Shown: positions 8,611 through 19,236, counted from the stretch's first letter. The stretch: 64,000 nucleotides of DNA from an uncultured Bacilli bacterium (GCA_934101185.1 CAKOQD010000003.1:855-64854); one strand, 5' to 3'. Translations and numbers: made by a program. The notes: a model not told the origin generated them from the letters alone.

Positions 8611-8632
8611 CAAAAAAAAGACCGAGGTCCTT
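8611..8632 (-). terminator. Weak rho-independent terminator after tRNA-Lys
   Basis: Minus-strand AAGGAC-CUCG-GUCUUU (6 bp including one G-U) followed by a run of 8 U. Confidence 0.4.
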
Positions 8633-8643
8633 AATTTTCTTAA

Positions 8644-8719
8644 TGGTGTCCCGCTGGAGATTCGAACTCCAGACCCTTTGATTAAAAGTCAAATGCTCTA
8701 CCGACTGAGCTAGCGGAAC
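8644..8719 (-). tRNA. tRNA-Lys (anticodon UUU), CCA encoded
   Basis: Minus strand GTTCCGC-TA-GCTC-AGTCGGTA-GAGC-A-TTTGA-CTTTTAA-TCAAA-GGGTC-TGGAG-TTCGAAT-CTCCA-GCGGGAC-A-CCA. This is a clean cloverleaf of 76 nt with anticodon loop C-U-UUU-A-A. Confidence 0.95.
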
Positions 8720-8781
8720 GTTTTTTATGTATATATGTTATCATATTTTTTATTAAAAAGATATAAAAAAAAGAAAAAAAG

Positions 8782-9282
8782 TTATTTTTTTGACTCTTTT
8801 TCTTCTAACATTTTGATTATTTTGTTTTGATTTGCTGTTAATTTATTTATTTGCTCATGTAGTTGTTCTAGTATTAACTCACTTTTTAAATCTGTCTTAT
8901 AATCATTTTTTCCTCTTAGTGTATCTTTTTTTGCGTTTCTATTTTGACTCATCATTATGATTGGTGCTTGTAGTGCTGCTACGCATGATAGTAATAAATT
9001 AAGTAAAATGAATGGATATGGGTCAAGATTTTTTATTATTGTAACATTTAATAATATCCATATTATCAGGAATAGACTGAAACCTATTATGAATCCCCAG
9101 CTTCCTGCAATTTCTGTGAATTTATCTGCTAAAGCATCCCATTTTGTCCTTGTTTCTTCGAATTGTTTATCAACATCTATTGTTAATGGTTCATCAAATA
9201 GTAGTTCCATTAATTCGTCTTCACTTAGTTCTTCATTATTTTTATTAATTAGTTTTTTTACTATTTCTTTTCTTGTTACCAT
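8782..9282 (-). CDS. DUF1003-family membrane protein
   Basis: 166 aa. GSWGFIIGFSLFLIIWILLN...DPYPFILLNLLLSCVAALQAPIIMMSQNRNAKKD...DYKTDLKSELI matches the DUF1003 signature as I recall it. The start overlaps the trpS stop. Confidence 0.75.
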   Translation of the reverse strand: MVTRKEIVKKLINKNNEELSEDELMELLFDEPLTIDVDKQFEETRTKWDALADKFTEIAGSWGFIIGFSLFLIIWILLNVTIIKNLDPYPFILLNLLLSCVAALQAPIIMMSQNRNAKKDTLRGKNDYKTDLKSELILEQLHEQINKLTANQNKIIKMLEEKESKK

Positions 9283-10268
9283 TATCTTCCGAACCCCATT
9301 CTTTGTTTCATTAATTCATATTTTTCTTTTGCTTGTTGTCTTGATTTTTCTATTCCTTGATCTAATACTTTGTCTATTTCATCACTGTTTAATATTTGAT
9401 TATATTTTTCTTGTATTTTTGATATTTCATTTATTACTACTTCCGCTACTTGTTTTTTGAATTCACCATAATTAGAGTTTTTGAATTCTTCTTCTATTTC
9501 TTTAGTTGTTTTGTTTGTAAATACTTTATAAATATTAATTAGATTGGATATACCAGGTTTATTTTCTTTGTCATATTTTATTGTCATGTCTGAGTCAGTT
9601 GTGGCTCCCATTATTTTTTTTCTTATTGTTTCTTTATCGTCTAAAAGATTAATTACACCTTTTTGATTTTCACTTGATTTTGACATTTTTTTAGTTGGAT
9701 CTATTAAATCCATGATTTTAGCGCCTTCTTCTGGTATTAATGGTTCTGGTATAGTAAATGTTTCCCCATATTTTTTGTTAAATCTTTCTGCAATGTCTCT
9801 TGCTAATTCTACGTGTTGTTTTTGATCTTTTCCAACTGGGACATAATTTATGTCATATGCTAAAATGTCTGCGGCCATTAGGACTGGATATGTTAATAAA
9901 CCGCTTGTAAAGTTTATATTTTTTAAGCTTTTGTCTTTGAATTGAGTCATTCTTGATAGTTCACCATAGTATGTATTGCATTCTAGAAGCCATGATATAT
10001 TCGCATGGTATTCATTTTCTGATTGAATAAATATAGTGTTTTTATTTGGATCAATTCCGCATGCTAAGTAAAGAGCAAGTAGACTTTTTACTTTTGACGA
10101 TAGTGTTTTTGGATCTTGTGGCACAGTTATTGCATGAAGGTCTGCTACAAAGATGTATGAATCGAATTCATCTTGATATTTTACCATTTGTTTTATTGCG
10201 CCAATATAGTTTCCAATATGAATTGTACCTGTTGGTTGCAATCCAGTTAATATTTTCTTCTTGTTCAT
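9282..10268 (-). CDS. trpS: Tryptophan--tRNA ligase
   Basis: 328 aa. Class I motifs TGTIHIGNY (HIGH) and KMSKS. Overall TrpRS length and pattern. Confidence 0.95.
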   Translation of the reverse strand: MNKKKILTGLQPTGTIHIGNYIGAIKQMVKYQDEFDSYIFVADLHAITVPQDPKTLSSKVKSLLALYLACGIDPNKNTIFIQSENEYHANISWLLECNTYYGELSRMTQFKDKSLKNINFTSGLLTYPVLMAADILAYDINYVPVGKDQKQHVELARDIAERFNKKYGETFTIPEPLIPEEGAKIMDLIDPTKKMSKSSENQKGVINLLDDKETIRKKIMGATTDSDMTIKYDKENKPGISNLINIYKVFTNKTTKEIEEEFKNSNYGEFKKQVAEVVINEISKIQEKYNQILNSDEIDKVLDQGIEKSRQQAKEKYELMKQRMGFGR

Positions 10269-10337
10269 TTTATCACTTCCATTTAAATTATATCATTTAT
10301 TTGTAGTAATTAAAACTTTTATTTTATATTTTTATAT

Positions 10338-10369
10338 AAAAAAAGATCTGAGTTATACTCAAATCTCTT
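10338..10369 (-). terminator. Rho-independent terminator after tuf
   Basis: Minus-strand AGAUUUGAGU-AUAA-ACUCAGAUCU (10 bp with one G-U) followed by UUUUUU. It starts 8 nt after the tuf stop. Confidence 0.8.
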
Positions 10370-10376
10370 TAGTTAA

Positions 10377-11561
10377 TTATTCAATAATTTCAGAAACTTT
10401 ACCAGCACCAACTGTTCTACCACCTTCACGGATTGAGAATTCAGTTCCGTTTTCAAGTGCGATTGGGTGGATTAATTCTACTGTCATTGAAACATTGTCT
10501 CCAGGCATAACCATTTCAACACCTTGTGGTAATTCGATTACACCAGTAACGTCAGTTGTTCTGAAGTAGAATTGTGGTCTGTAGTTTGCGAAGAATGGAG
10601 TATGTCTTCCACCTTCTTCTTTAGATAATACATAAACTTCAGCTTTGAATTTATGATGAGGTGTTACTGTTCCTGGTTTAGCAAGAACTTGTCCACGTTC
10701 AACTTGTTCACGAGAAATACCACGTAATAATACACCAGCATTGTCTCCAGCTTCAGCGTAATCTAATGATTTTTTGAACATTTCAATTCCTGTTACTACA
10801 GTTTTTTGAGTTGGTTTAATACCAACGATTTCAACTTCGTCATTTAGATTTAATTTTCCACGTTCTACACGTCCTGTAACTACAGTTCCACGACCTGTAA
10901 TAGTGAATACATCTTCGATGCTCATTAAGAATGGTTTATCAACATCACGTGTTGGAGTTGGAATCCATTCATCAACAGCGTCCATAAGTTCTTCAATTTT
11001 TTCAACGTATTTTGGATCTCCTTCAAGAGCTTTAAGAGCTGAACCACAGATAATTGGAGTTTCATCTCCTTCGAATCCGTATTCATTTAATAAATCTCTA
11101 ACTTCCATTTCAACTAATTCGATTAGTTCTGGATCATCAACCATATCACATTTATTTAAGAATACTACCATTCTTGGTACTCCTACTTGACGTGATAATA
11201 GGATGTGTTCTCTTGTTTGAGCCATTGGTCCATCTGTAGCAGCGATTACTAAGATAGCTCCATCCATTTGTGCTGCACCAGTGATCATGTTTTTAACATA
11301 GTCGGCATGTCCTGGACAGTCTACGTGAGCATAGTGACGTTTGTCTGTTTCATACTCAACGTGAGCAGTATTAATTGTAATACCTCTTTCTCTTTCTTCT
11401 GGAGCTTTATCGATATTTGCATAATCAACGAATTGTGCTCCACCTTTTTTTGCTAATACACTTGTAATAGCAGCAGTTAATGTAGTTTTTCCGTGGTCTA
11501 CGTGACCAATTGTACCAACGTTAACGTGTGGTTTACTACGGTTAAATTTTTCTTTTGCCAT
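10377..11561 (-). CDS. tuf: Elongation factor Tu
   Basis: 394 aa. [33 protein letters not shown]..., [12 protein letters not shown]. Confidence 0.99.
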   Translation of the reverse strand: MAKEKFNRSKPHVNVGTIGHVDHGKTTLTAAITSVLAKKGGAQFVDYANIDKAPEERERGITINTAHVEYETDKRHYAHVDCPGHADYVKNMITGAAQMDGAILVIAATDGPMAQTREHILLSRQVGVPRMVVFLNKCDMVDDPELIELVEMEVRDLLNEYGFEGDETPIICGSALKALEGDPKYVEKIEELMDAVDEWIPTPTRDVDKPFLMSIEDVFTITGRGTVVTGRVERGKLNLNDEVEIVGIKPTQKTVVTGIEMFKKSLDYAEAGDNAGVLLRGISREQVERGQVLAKPGTVTPHHKFKAEVYVLSKEEGGRHTPFFANYRPQFYFRTTDVTGVIELPQGVEMVMPGDNVSMTVELIHPIALENGTEFSIREGGRTVGAGKVSEIIE

Positions 11562-11643
11562 AATTTTTTCCTCCTTTTTGAAATTACATTATAATTGTAT
11601 CTAACAATTGAAAATTTTTCAACTGTTTTGACCTATTTTTTTA

Positions 11644-13713
11644 TTAATTACCGCTTTTTTTAATTATTTCTTCGGCAATATTTTTTGGTACTTCTTCATA
11701 ATGGTCTGGTACCATTTGGAAAGTTCCTCTTCCTTGGGTGTTTGATCTAATGCTTGTTGCATAACCAAACATTTCTGATAGTGGAACCATTGCTTCGAAT
11801 GCAATTGCATTTCCACGTGATTCTTGTGATAATGGTTTACCACGTCTTGCAGTGATGTCTCCCATTACATTTCCTAGGTATTCTTCTGGTACAACGATGT
11901 CTACTTTCATGATTGGTTCAAGAATTACAGGCCTACATTTGTTTTTAGCTTCTTTTAAAGCCATTGATGCTGCAATTTTGAATGCCATTTCTGAAGAATC
12001 GACATCATGGTATGAACCATCGAATAATGTTGCTTTTACATCGATCATTGGGTATCCCGCTAATACACCAGTTTGTAGGGCGTCTTGTAATCCCTTATCA
12101 GTTACTGGGATGTATTCTCTTGGTACTACACCACCAACGATAGCATCAACGAATTCATATCCTTTATCTGGGTTTGGTTCAAATTTAATCCATACGTGTC
12201 CGTATTGTCCACGTCCACCAGATTGTTTAATGTATTTACCTTCACATTCACCTGTTTGTGTAATTGTTTCTCTGTATGCTACTTGAGGTTTACCAACATT
12301 TGCTTCAACGTGGAATTCTCTTCTCATACGATCTACTAATACATCTAAGTGAAGTTCTCCGATACCAGCAATGATAGTTTGTCCAGTTTCAGCATCAGTA
12401 TGTACTCTGAAAGTTGGATCTTCTTCTGCTAGTTTTTGAAGGGCGATTGCCATTTTATCTTGATCTGCTTTTGATTTTGGTTCAATAGCAAGTTCAATTA
12501 CTGGATCTGGTACTTCGATTGATTCAAGAATGATTGGTTTCTTTTCATCGCACAAAGTATCTCCAGTTGTTGTATTTTTTAATCCTACTGCTGCAGCGAT
12601 ATCACCTGCATATACTTCAGATATTTCAGTTCTATCATTGGCATGCATTTGTAGAATACGTCCTACTCTTTCTTTTGCATCTTTTGTACTGTTTAGTACA
12701 TATGATCCACTTGATAGATGCCCTGAGTAAACTCTAAAGAATGTTAAACGTCCAACGAATGGGTCTGTCATTACTTTAAATGCTAAGGCACTAAATGGTT
12801 CTGAATCTGATGGATGTCTTTCATCAGGTTCTCCTTTTAGGTTAGTTCCTTTTACTGATGGAATATCAAGTGGTGATGGTAAGTAGTCAATTATTGCATC
12901 AAGTAATAATTTAACTCCTTTGTTTCCTAATGCTGTACCACACATGAATGGGAAGAATTTGGCTTGTAGTACTCCGTTTCTTATTGCTTTTTTAATTAAT
13001 TCAATAGAAACTTCTTCTCCTTCAAGGTATTTTTCCATTAGTTCATCATCAAATTCTGCAATTGCTTCAAGTAGTGATGTTCTATATTCTTCTACTTTAT
13101 CAGTCATGTCAGCTGGTATTTCTATTTCAGTGTAGTTTTCATCAGCATTTCCATCAAAATGATATGCTTTTCTAGTAATTAGATCTATTACTCCGTTGAA
13201 GTCTGATTCTGCTCCGATTGGAAGTTCGATAGCAGCAGTGTTTGCTCCTAGACGATCTTTTACACTTTGTAAACTCATATAGAAGTCTGCTCCAAGTTTA
13301 TCCATTTTATTTGAGAAGATAATTCTTGGTACGTGGTATTCATTTGCTTGTCTCCAAACAGTTTCACTTTGTGGTTCAACTCCAGCATTTGAGTCTAGTA
13401 ATAATACTGCACCATCTAGTACTCTTAAGCTACGTTGTACTTCTACTGTGAAGTCTACGTGTCCTGGAGTATCGATGATATTGTATCTATATCCTTTCCA
13501 GAATGCTGTTGTTGCTGCACTTGTTATTGTGATTCCACGTTCTTTTTCTTGTTCCATCCAGTCCATTTGAGAAGCTCCATCGTGAGTTTCACCAATTTTA
13601 TGGATTTTTTTAGTATGGTATAAGATACGTTCTGTAGCTGTTGTTTTTCCGGCATCGATATGTGCCATTATACCAAAGTTTCTTGTTTTATCTAAACTTG
13701 TTCCTCTAGCCAT
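11644..13713 (-). CDS. fusA: Elongation factor G
   Basis: True start is [25 protein letters not shown] at ATG 13713 (GGAGGGA SD). The track ORF is artificially extended 36 codons into rpsG. Canonical EF-G motifs are present throughout. Confidence 0.97.
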   Translation of the reverse strand: MARGTSLDKTRNFGIMAHIDAGKTTATERILYHTKKIHKIGETHDGASQMDWMEQEKERGITITSAATTAFWKGYRYNIIDTPGHVDFTVEVQRSLRVLDGAVLLLDSNAGVEPQSETVWRQANEYHVPRIIFSNKMDKLGADFYMSLQSVKDRLGANTAAIELPIGAESDFNGVIDLITRKAYHFDGNADENYTEIEIPADMTDKVEEYRTSLLEAIAEFDDELMEKYLEGEEVSIELIKKAIRNGVLQAKFFPFMCGTALGNKGVKLLLDAIIDYLPSPLDIPSVKGTNLKGEPDERHPSDSEPFSALAFKVMTDPFVGRLTFFRVYSGHLSSGSYVLNSTKDAKERVGRILQMHANDRTEISEVYAGDIAAAVGLKNTTTGDTLCDEKKPIILESIEVPDPVIELAIEPKSKADQDKMAIALQKLAEEDPTFRVHTDAETGQTIIAGIGELHLDVLVDRMRREFHVEANVGKPQVAYRETITQTGECEGKYIKQSGGRGQYGHVWIKFEPNPDKGYEFVDAIVGGVVPREYIPVTDKGLQDALQTGVLAGYPMIDVKATLFDGSYHDVDSSEMAFKIAASMALKEAKNKCRPVILEPIMKVDIVVPEEYLGNVMGDITARRGKPLSQESRGNAIAFEAMVPLSEMFGYATSIRSNTQGRGTFQMVPDHYEEVPKNIAEEIIKKSGN

Positions 13714-13723
13714 TGTATCCTCC

Positions 13724-14191
13724 CTACCATCTATAGTGTGCAAATGCCTTGTTGGCTTCTGCCATTCTATGAGTGTCTTCGCGTTTTTTAACTGAAGCTC
13801 CTGTTCCATTTGAAGCATCAATAATTTCGTTAGCTAAGTTTTCGGCCATTCCATGACCTCCTCTTAGTCTTGCATAATTTGTTAACCATCTTAGTCCTAA
13901 AGTTTGTGATCTTTCTTCAGATACTTCGATTGGTACTTGATAGTTTGAACCACCAACGCGGCGTGATTTAACTTCTAAAGCTGGTTTTATATTTTCTAAT
14001 GCTTGATTAAATACTTCCATTGGATCTTTTCCAGTTTTTTCTTTAATCATGTCAAATGCATCATATAAGATTGTTTGTGCTTTTCCTTTTTTACCATCTA
14101 ACATCATAGAGTTGATTAATTTAGTAACAACTTTTGATTTGTATATTGGATCTGGTAAAACGTCTCTTTTAACTGCACGTCTTTTACGCAT
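13724..14191 (-). CDS. rpsG: 30S ribosomal protein S7
   Basis: 155 aa. [27 protein letters not shown]...[10 protein letters not shown]. Confidence 0.97.
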   Translation of the reverse strand: MRKRRAVKRDVLPDPIYKSKVVTKLINSMMLDGKKGKAQTILYDAFDMIKEKTGKDPMEVFNQALENIKPALEVKSRRVGGSNYQVPIEVSEERSQTLGLRWLTNYARLRGGHGMAENLANEIIDASNGTGASVKKREDTHRMAEANKAFAHYRW

Positions 14192-14225
14192 TTTTATTCC
14201 TCCTTTACTATTTTGTTAATTCTTT

Positions 14226-14636
14226 TTATTTTCCTCTTTTAGTTCCGTATTTAGAACGTGCTTGTTTACGATCTTTAACTCCTTGAGTATCCATTGTTCC
14301 ACGAACGATATGGTATCTAACCCCGATTAAGTCTTTTACACGTCCACCACGAATTAATACAACACTATGTTCTTGTAGGTTGTGTCCTTCTCCAGGTATG
14401 TAAGCATCTACTTCTTTACCATTAGATAATCTAACACGAGCATATTTTCTTAATGCTGAGTTTGGTTTCTTTGGTGTTTTAGTTCCTACACGAATACATA
14501 CTCCACGTTTTTGTGGTGATGGTACTTCTGTAGCTTTCTTTTGTAAAGTATTCATTCTTACTCCTAATACTGGAGATTTTGATTTTCTTGTTTTGTCTTT
14601 TCTGTTTTTTCTAACTAATTGATTAATTGTTGGCAT
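14226..14636 (-). CDS. rpsL: 30S ribosomal protein S12 (variant decoding loop: ...[11 protein letters not shown])
   Basis: 136 aa. [10 protein letters not shown]..., [24 protein letters not shown]. The codon at 14327-14325 is ATC (Ile) where S12 normally has Pro. Confidence 0.97.
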   Translation of the reverse strand: MPTINQLVRKNRKDKTRKSKSPVLGVRMNTLQKKATEVPSPQKRGVCIRVGTKTPKKPNSALRKYARVRLSNGKEVDAYIPGEGHNLQEHSVVLIRGGRVKDLIGVRYHIVRGTMDTQGVKDRKQARSKYGTKRGK

Positions 14637-14729
14637 AACTTCTCCTTTCTACACACATATCCAGGTGTATCATTTTCTTTAATTTTTATTAGGTTTATAA
14701 AATAAACCCAATCAAATTCAAACATTGCT

Positions 14730-14758
14730 AATATATCATGTTATTTTGTGTTTGTCAA
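14730..14758 (-). promoter_or_regulatory. Sigma-A-type promoter of the str operon
   Basis: Minus strand TTGACA (14758-14753), a 17-nt spacer, then TATATT (14735-14730). It leaves an approximately 90-nt leader before rpsL. Confidence 0.6.
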
Positions 14759-14833
14759 TTGTTTTTTAGTATTTTTAAGTGTTTTTACAATTATTTTCCT
14801 TTATTATAATATGCAATTTTTATTAGTTATTAA

Positions 14834-14860
14834 CAAAAAAGATGAGGTTGAGTCATCTTT
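14834..14860 (-). terminator. Rho-independent terminator after the 258-aa gene
   Basis: Minus-strand AAAGATGA-(7 nt)-TCATCTTT followed by TTTGTTA. Confidence 0.7.
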
Positions 14861-14868
14861 TGTATTTC

Positions 14869-15645
14869 TTATTTTGTAATATTTTGATGTTCTTGTAATT
14901 CTTTTTGAAGTTCTAGTGATAGTTTCATACTTTCTTTTATTTTTTCGTATGCTTTTTCTTGTTCTTGTTTTTTAAAATATATATTAGTCATTGCTTCTGC
15001 GCTTTTTAAATTAGTGCTTATATTTTCAGTATTTATTCCTTCTTCATTTAGGTATGATATAGTCATTTTTCCTAGTTCTTTTGCAATACTTTTTAATTGT
15101 TCTTTTTTATCATCTTGAATCATTTTTTCTATATCTAGATATAGTTTATCATTTTCTTCTTTAGTATATTGTTTGAATATTTCATTATTTGTTGCTATAA
15201 TTGACATTGGAAGTTCATAATCAATACCTTCGATTTTGACATAATGAGGTTCTTCGAGTAATTCTTGATTTTTTATTTCATTTTTAAATTCTAGTGACAT
15301 TTGCATACTTGTTTTTATTTTTTCAAACGCTTTTTCTTGTTCTTGTTTTTGTATGTGTATTTTAACCATACTATCTAAAAAGTTTAATTTTGGTGTCATT
15401 TTATTCCATTTTTCTGCGATTTGTCCTTGAGACTCTATTGCAATTTGTTGAATATTCATAGTGCATTGATATTCTATTTCTCTTAGTTCATCTAGTTTTT
15501 GTTCTTTTTCCATTCTTTCTATATCTAAGTAGTTTTTATTGTTTTTTACTAATTTATATTTATTTAGTATATTTTGATTTAGTCCTATTACCATAAGTGG
15601 TAATTCGTATTCTTTATTATTTATTATTATATAGTATTGTTCCAT
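14869..15645 (-). CDS. Hypothetical cytosolic protein made of two ~125-aa tandem repeats
   Basis: 258-aa ORF. Half 1 is YYIIINNKEYELPLMVIGLNQNILNKY...YLDIERME...HIQKQEQEKAFEKIKTSMQMSLEFKNEIKNQ. Half 2 is HYVKIEGIDYELPMSIIATNNEIFKQY...YLDIEKMI...YFKKQEQEKAYEKIKESMKLSLELQKELQEHQ. No family recognised. Confidence 0.6.
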   Translation of the reverse strand: MEQYYIIINNKEYELPLMVIGLNQNILNKYKLVKNNKNYLDIERMEKEQKLDELREIEYQCTMNIQQIAIESQGQIAEKWNKMTPKLNFLDSMVKIHIQKQEQEKAFEKIKTSMQMSLEFKNEIKNQELLEEPHYVKIEGIDYELPMSIIATNNEIFKQYTKEENDKLYLDIEKMIQDDKKEQLKSIAKELGKMTISYLNEEGINTENISTNLKSAEAMTNIYFKKQEQEKAYEKIKESMKLSLELQKELQEHQNITK

Positions 15646-15697
15646 GATAACCTCCGTTACTATATATAGTATATCGGTTTTTTATTTTTACTTCAAG

Positions 15698-16231
15698 TTA
15701 TTTAATGTTTATTCCGTATTTATTTTCTACAGGATCATAGAATATATAGTTTTTTGGAGGATCATAAGTTAGATTTAGTAGTATCATATAGAAGAGAATT
15801 ATTAGAATTATTGATATTTTGTCTAGAATATCTGTTTCTTTTTTTTGTTTTAATAAATAGTAACTTAGTATTTGTTCTAGTAGAATGACTATAAATAATA
15901 AGGATATACTTATTATTAGTTTTTCTCCGATTAGATTGTAAATTGGTAGATATAAAATCAAGTAGACTATTATACTAGTAAATGAGGTTAAGAATAGTTG
16001 GTAAGGATAATTGTTATAGTTTATTTTATTTTTCTTTAGAAGTATTATTTCTATTAATCCCCAAGAAAGTATTCCTGTGTATAAAAGTTTCATATGTTCC
16101 CAGATGCTTTCATTTACAGGAAATAGGATGCTAAATATTGGATTAGGAAACCATTCATATAGGAAATGATAAATAAATGCTAGGACAAAGATGGTTAGTG
16201 TTCCAATTATTTTGATTTTTTTAAGATTCAT
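15698..16231 (-). CDS. Polytopic membrane protein of unknown function
   Basis: 177-aa ORF with about 5 hydrophobic helices and a conserved-looking FPVNESIWEHMKLLYTG segment. Family not confidently recalled. Confidence 0.55.
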   Translation of the reverse strand: MNLKKIKIIGTLTIFVLAFIYHFLYEWFPNPIFSILFPVNESIWEHMKLLYTGILSWGLIEIILLKKNKINYNNYPYQLFLTSFTSIIVYLILYLPIYNLIGEKLIISISLLFIVILLEQILSYYLLKQKKETDILDKISIILIILFYMILLNLTYDPPKNYIFYDPVENKYGINIK

Positions 16232-16281
16232 GTTATCACCATTACTAGTATATTCTTTGTTTTATTATTTATTAAAGTATT

Positions 16282-16303
16282 AAAAAAGAAGCGGTTGCTT
16301 CTT
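16282..16303 (-). terminator. Rho-independent terminator after valS
   Basis: Minus-strand AAGAAGC-AACC-GCTTCTT followed by TTTTAAT. The hairpin overlaps the valS stop codon. Confidence 0.7.
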
Positions 16304-18836
16304 ATAATTGTTTTTCTAAACTTAATAGTTTTTCTTGTTCTTCTTTTAGTTTTTGTCTATCTAGTTCTACAATGTTTTGTGGTGCTTTTTTTACATAATT
16401 TTCGTTTGATAGTAACTTTGTTCTTTTTTCTATTGATTGTTTTATTTTTTCTATTTCTGAAATTAACAATTCTTTGTTAATTTCCTTTCCTTTTTGATAG
16501 AAAGTTATTTCAATGTTTGCACTTTTATAGTTGTATTTTTTTGTATCTATTGGTTGTTCTTTTGTTATTTGATCGTCTTTTATTTTTAGTGCAAATTTAT
16601 ATAGTTCTTTATAGTTACTATTTATTTCGATTTTAGCATCTTTTGTAATTTCGTTTACTACTTTTAGGTTTCTTATATTTGTTATATCTTCGATTAGTTT
16701 GTCTATTAATTTTTCTTCGGTTTCATATATTTGATCTTTATTGTATGTAGGGTATTTACTTATTACAATGCTTTCTTGATCTTTTACTGGTAGCATTTGA
16801 TAGATTTCTTCGGTTACATATGGCATAAATGGATGTAACATTTTGATTATGTTTGTTAGAACTTCGAGTAAGACTGTTTTTGTTGTGTTTTTTTCTAAGT
16901 TGTTTTTAGATAGTTCTATATAGTTGTCACAGAAGTCTTCCCATATGTATTTATATAAAGTGTTACCTACGTTATTAAACTCATATTTATCCATATTTTC
17001 TGTTATTTCTTTTATTGTTTTATTAGTTTTTGTCAATATCCATTTATCTATTTCTGTTAAGTTTTCTAATGTATAGTCTTCTTTTTTGAAGTTTTCAATG
17101 TTCATTAGAACGAATCTTGATGCATTCCATAGTTTGTTTATGAAGTTCCATGTTGATGCTACTTTTTCTTCATCGTATCTTAAATCCATTCCTGGTGATG
17201 AGTTTGTTGTTAGGAAGTATCTTAAGGAATCTGCTCCATATTTTTCTATAACGTCCATTGGATCTACACCGTTTCCTAATGATTTTGACATTTTTCTTCC
17301 TTGTTTGTCTCTTATTAGACCGTGAATTAGACAGTCTTTGAATGGTCTTTTACCTGTGAATTCTAGTCCTTGGAATGTCATTCTATTTACCCAGAATGGA
17401 ATGATGTCATATCCTGTTACTAAAACGTTGTTTGGATAGTATCTATTTAGATCTTTTGTGTCTTCTGGCCATCCTAGTGTTGAAAAAGGCCATAGAGCGC
17501 TTGAAAACCATGTATCTAGTACGTCTTCATCTTGAGTCCAACCTGATTCTTGTGGTGGATTTATTCCAACATATATTTCATCGTCTTTGTACCATGCTGG
17601 TATTTTATGACCCCACCATAGTTGTCTTGATATGCACCAATCGTAAGTTATTTCCATCCAGTGATTCATTATTTTTTCGTATCTTTCTGGTACGAAGTTT
17701 ACTTTTGTTTGTTTATTTTGTTGGTTTTCTAATACTCTATCTGCGAGTGGTCTCATTTTTACAAACCATTGCTTTGATAGGTAAGGTTCAACCATTACGT
17801 CTGTTCTTTCTGAGTATCCTACATTATGAGTTATTTCTTCGACTAAGATTAAAAGATTTTGTTCTTTTAAGTCTTTTGCTAATTGCTTTCTGCATTCGAA
17901 TCTATCTAATCCTTCATATTGTAGGGCATTTTTATTCATTGTTCCATTTGGATTTATGACTACGATTCTTTCTAGATTATGACGTTCTCCAACTGCGAAG
18001 TCGTTAGGGTCATGAGCTGGAGTTATTTTTACTACTCCTGTTCCGAATTCTGGATCAGCATGTTGGTCCGCTACTACGGGGATTTTTTTATTTACAATTG
18101 GTAATATTACATTTTTACCAATGTATTTTTTATATCTTTCATCTTTTGGGTTTACTGCTACTGCAGTATCTCCGAATAGTGTTTCTGGTCTTGTTGTTGC
18201 TATTTCTAGATAGTTATCTTCGTCTTCGATGTAGTATTTTATATGATAGAATGCTCCTTTTGTTTCTTTGTAGATTACTTCTTCATTTGATAGTGCTGTT
18301 AATGCTTCAGGATCCCAGTTTATTATTCTTTCTCCTCGATAGATTAATCCTTTGTTATATAAATCTACGAATACTTTTTTAACGGCATTTGATAGTCCTT
18401 CATCAAGGGTGAATCTTTCTTTAGAATAATCTAGGGATAGTCCTAGTTTTGCCCATTGCGCATGAATGTTTTCTGCGTATTCTTTTTTCCATTCCCATGC
18501 AATTTTTAGCCATTCTTCCCTATCCATTTCTCTTGGATTTATTCCTTGTTCTTTTAGTTTTTTATCTACTTTGGCTTGAGTTGCTATTCCAGCATGATCC
18601 ATTCCTGGTAGCCATAAAGCGTCATATCCTTGCATTCTTTTGTATCTTATTATAATGTCTTGTATTGTTGTATCCCAAGCATGTCCAAGGTGTAATTTTC
18701 CTGTTACGTTTGGTGGAGGTATTACTATACAAAATGGTTCTTTAGTTAAGTCTCCACTTTTAAAGTAGTCATTTTTTAACCATGTTTCATATTTTGATTC
18801 TTCTACTTGTTTGTGATTGTATTTTTTTTCTAACAT
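16302..18836 (-). CDS. valS: Valine--tRNA ligase
   Basis: About 844 aa. [14 protein letters not shown] (HIGH), KMSKSLGN, and a C-terminal coiled coil. The track start (GTG 18845) lies inside the SD AGGAAGTG, so ATG 18836 is preferred. Confidence 0.97.
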   Translation of the reverse strand: MLEKKYNHKQVEESKYETWLKNDYFKSGDLTKEPFCIVIPPPNVTGKLHLGHAWDTTIQDIIIRYKRMQGYDALWLPGMDHAGIATQAKVDKKLKEQGINPREMDREEWLKIAWEWKKEYAENIHAQWAKLGLSLDYSKERFTLDEGLSNAVKKVFVDLYNKGLIYRGERIINWDPEALTALSNEEVIYKETKGAFYHIKYYIEDEDNYLEIATTRPETLFGDTAVAVNPKDERYKKYIGKNVILPIVNKKIPVVADQHADPEFGTGVVKITPAHDPNDFAVGERHNLERIVVINPNGTMNKNALQYEGLDRFECRKQLAKDLKEQNLLILVEEITHNVGYSERTDVMVEPYLSKQWFVKMRPLADRVLENQQNKQTKVNFVPERYEKIMNHWMEITYDWCISRQLWWGHKIPAWYKDDEIYVGINPPQESGWTQDEDVLDTWFSSALWPFSTLGWPEDTKDLNRYYPNNVLVTGYDIIPFWVNRMTFQGLEFTGKRPFKDCLIHGLIRDKQGRKMSKSLGNGVDPMDVIEKYGADSLRYFLTTNSSPGMDLRYDEEKVASTWNFINKLWNASRFVLMNIENFKKEDYTLENLTEIDKWILTKTNKTIKEITENMDKYEFNNVGNTLYKYIWEDFCDNYIELSKNNLEKNTTKTVLLEVLTNIIKMLHPFMPYVTEEIYQMLPVKDQESIVISKYPTYNKDQIYETEEKLIDKLIEDITNIRNLKVVNEITKDAKIEINSNYKELYKFALKIKDDQITKEQPIDTKKYNYKSANIEITFYQKGKEINKELLISEIEKIKQSIEKRTKLLSNENYVKKAPQNIVELDRQKLKEEQEKLLSLEKQL

Positions 18837-18849
18837 TTTAAGCACTTCC

Positions 18850-19082
18850 TTTTTTAATTAAAAAACATCTCATCCAAAGGACGAAATGTTCGTGGTACCA
18901 CCTTATTTTGTAATATAATATTACCTTATTCTTATTTAACGCATAAGTACGAATTATTCTACTAATTTCAAATAATTACTCAGAAGCTACCTTCGATTAC
19001 TTTGTATAGTAGTTTTCAGCTTACACTACCTCTCTTTAATACTTAGTAATTTACTCCTCTTCGTCATTGATTTATGAAATAT
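18850..19082 (-). promoter_or_regulatory. T-box riboswitch leader of valS
   Basis: Minus strand carries an AGAGA box (about 19031-19035) and the T-box sequence AAUAAGGUGGUACCACG (GGTGGTACCACG = 18902-18891). Then comes terminator AACAUUUCGU-(7 nt)-AUGAGAUGUU followed by U6 (18890-18858). Candidate Val specifier is GUA at 18990-18988. Confidence 0.85.
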
Positions 19083-19088
19083 GTTTAT

Positions 19089-19117
19089 ATTATAGCATAT
19101 TTTTTTGTGTTTTTAAA
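19089..19117 (-). promoter_or_regulatory. Extended -10 promoter of the valS leader
   Basis: Minus strand AAAAAAATATGCTATAAT (TGcTATAAT at 19097-19089), with a weak -35 TTTAAA 17 nt upstream. Confidence 0.55.
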
Positions 19118-19121
19118 TAGT

Positions 19122-19226
19122 TTATAGTGCACTTATTCCACTTACTGCGATAAATAGAACCATTAATAGCACAAATACTAGTAATAGGAATACCATCATT
19201 CCCCAACCGTGATTGTTTAGTTTCAA
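19122..19226 (-). CDS. Unannotated small hydrophobic protein (34 aa), putative
   Basis: Hand translation gives TTG-start MKLNNHGWGMMVFLLLVFVLLMVLFIAVSGISAL*. SD GAGGTGA is 4-5 nt upstream and overlaps the trxB stop (aatTAGAGGTGAtaaaTTG). It is below the 60-aa cut-off of the ORF track. Confidence 0.45.
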   Translation of the reverse strand: MKLNNHGWGMMVFLLLVFVLLMVLFIAVSGISAL

Positions 19227-19236
19227 TTTATCACCT

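Noticed and set aside
10269-10376. T-box or other leader upstream of trpS. The same check was made upstream of gltX (33637-33674) and cysS.
   Set aside because: The gaps are about 100, 38 and 4 nt. The trpS gap is filled by the tuf terminator and a short promoter-like element. No GGUGGUACC motif is present.
13714-13821. A 36-codon N-terminal extension of the fusA ORF overlapping rpsG. Similar track extensions occur on hpf (52419-52499), the 647-aa ORF (45489-45548), uvrA, valS, clpC, orfB, orfC, orfD and cotE.
   Set aside because: In each case the upstream start is a GTG/TTG/ATG lying inside or upstream of the real SD. For 45548 it lies inside the -35 box. A canonical N-terminus with a well-spaced SD exists downstream, and coordinates were adjusted accordingly.
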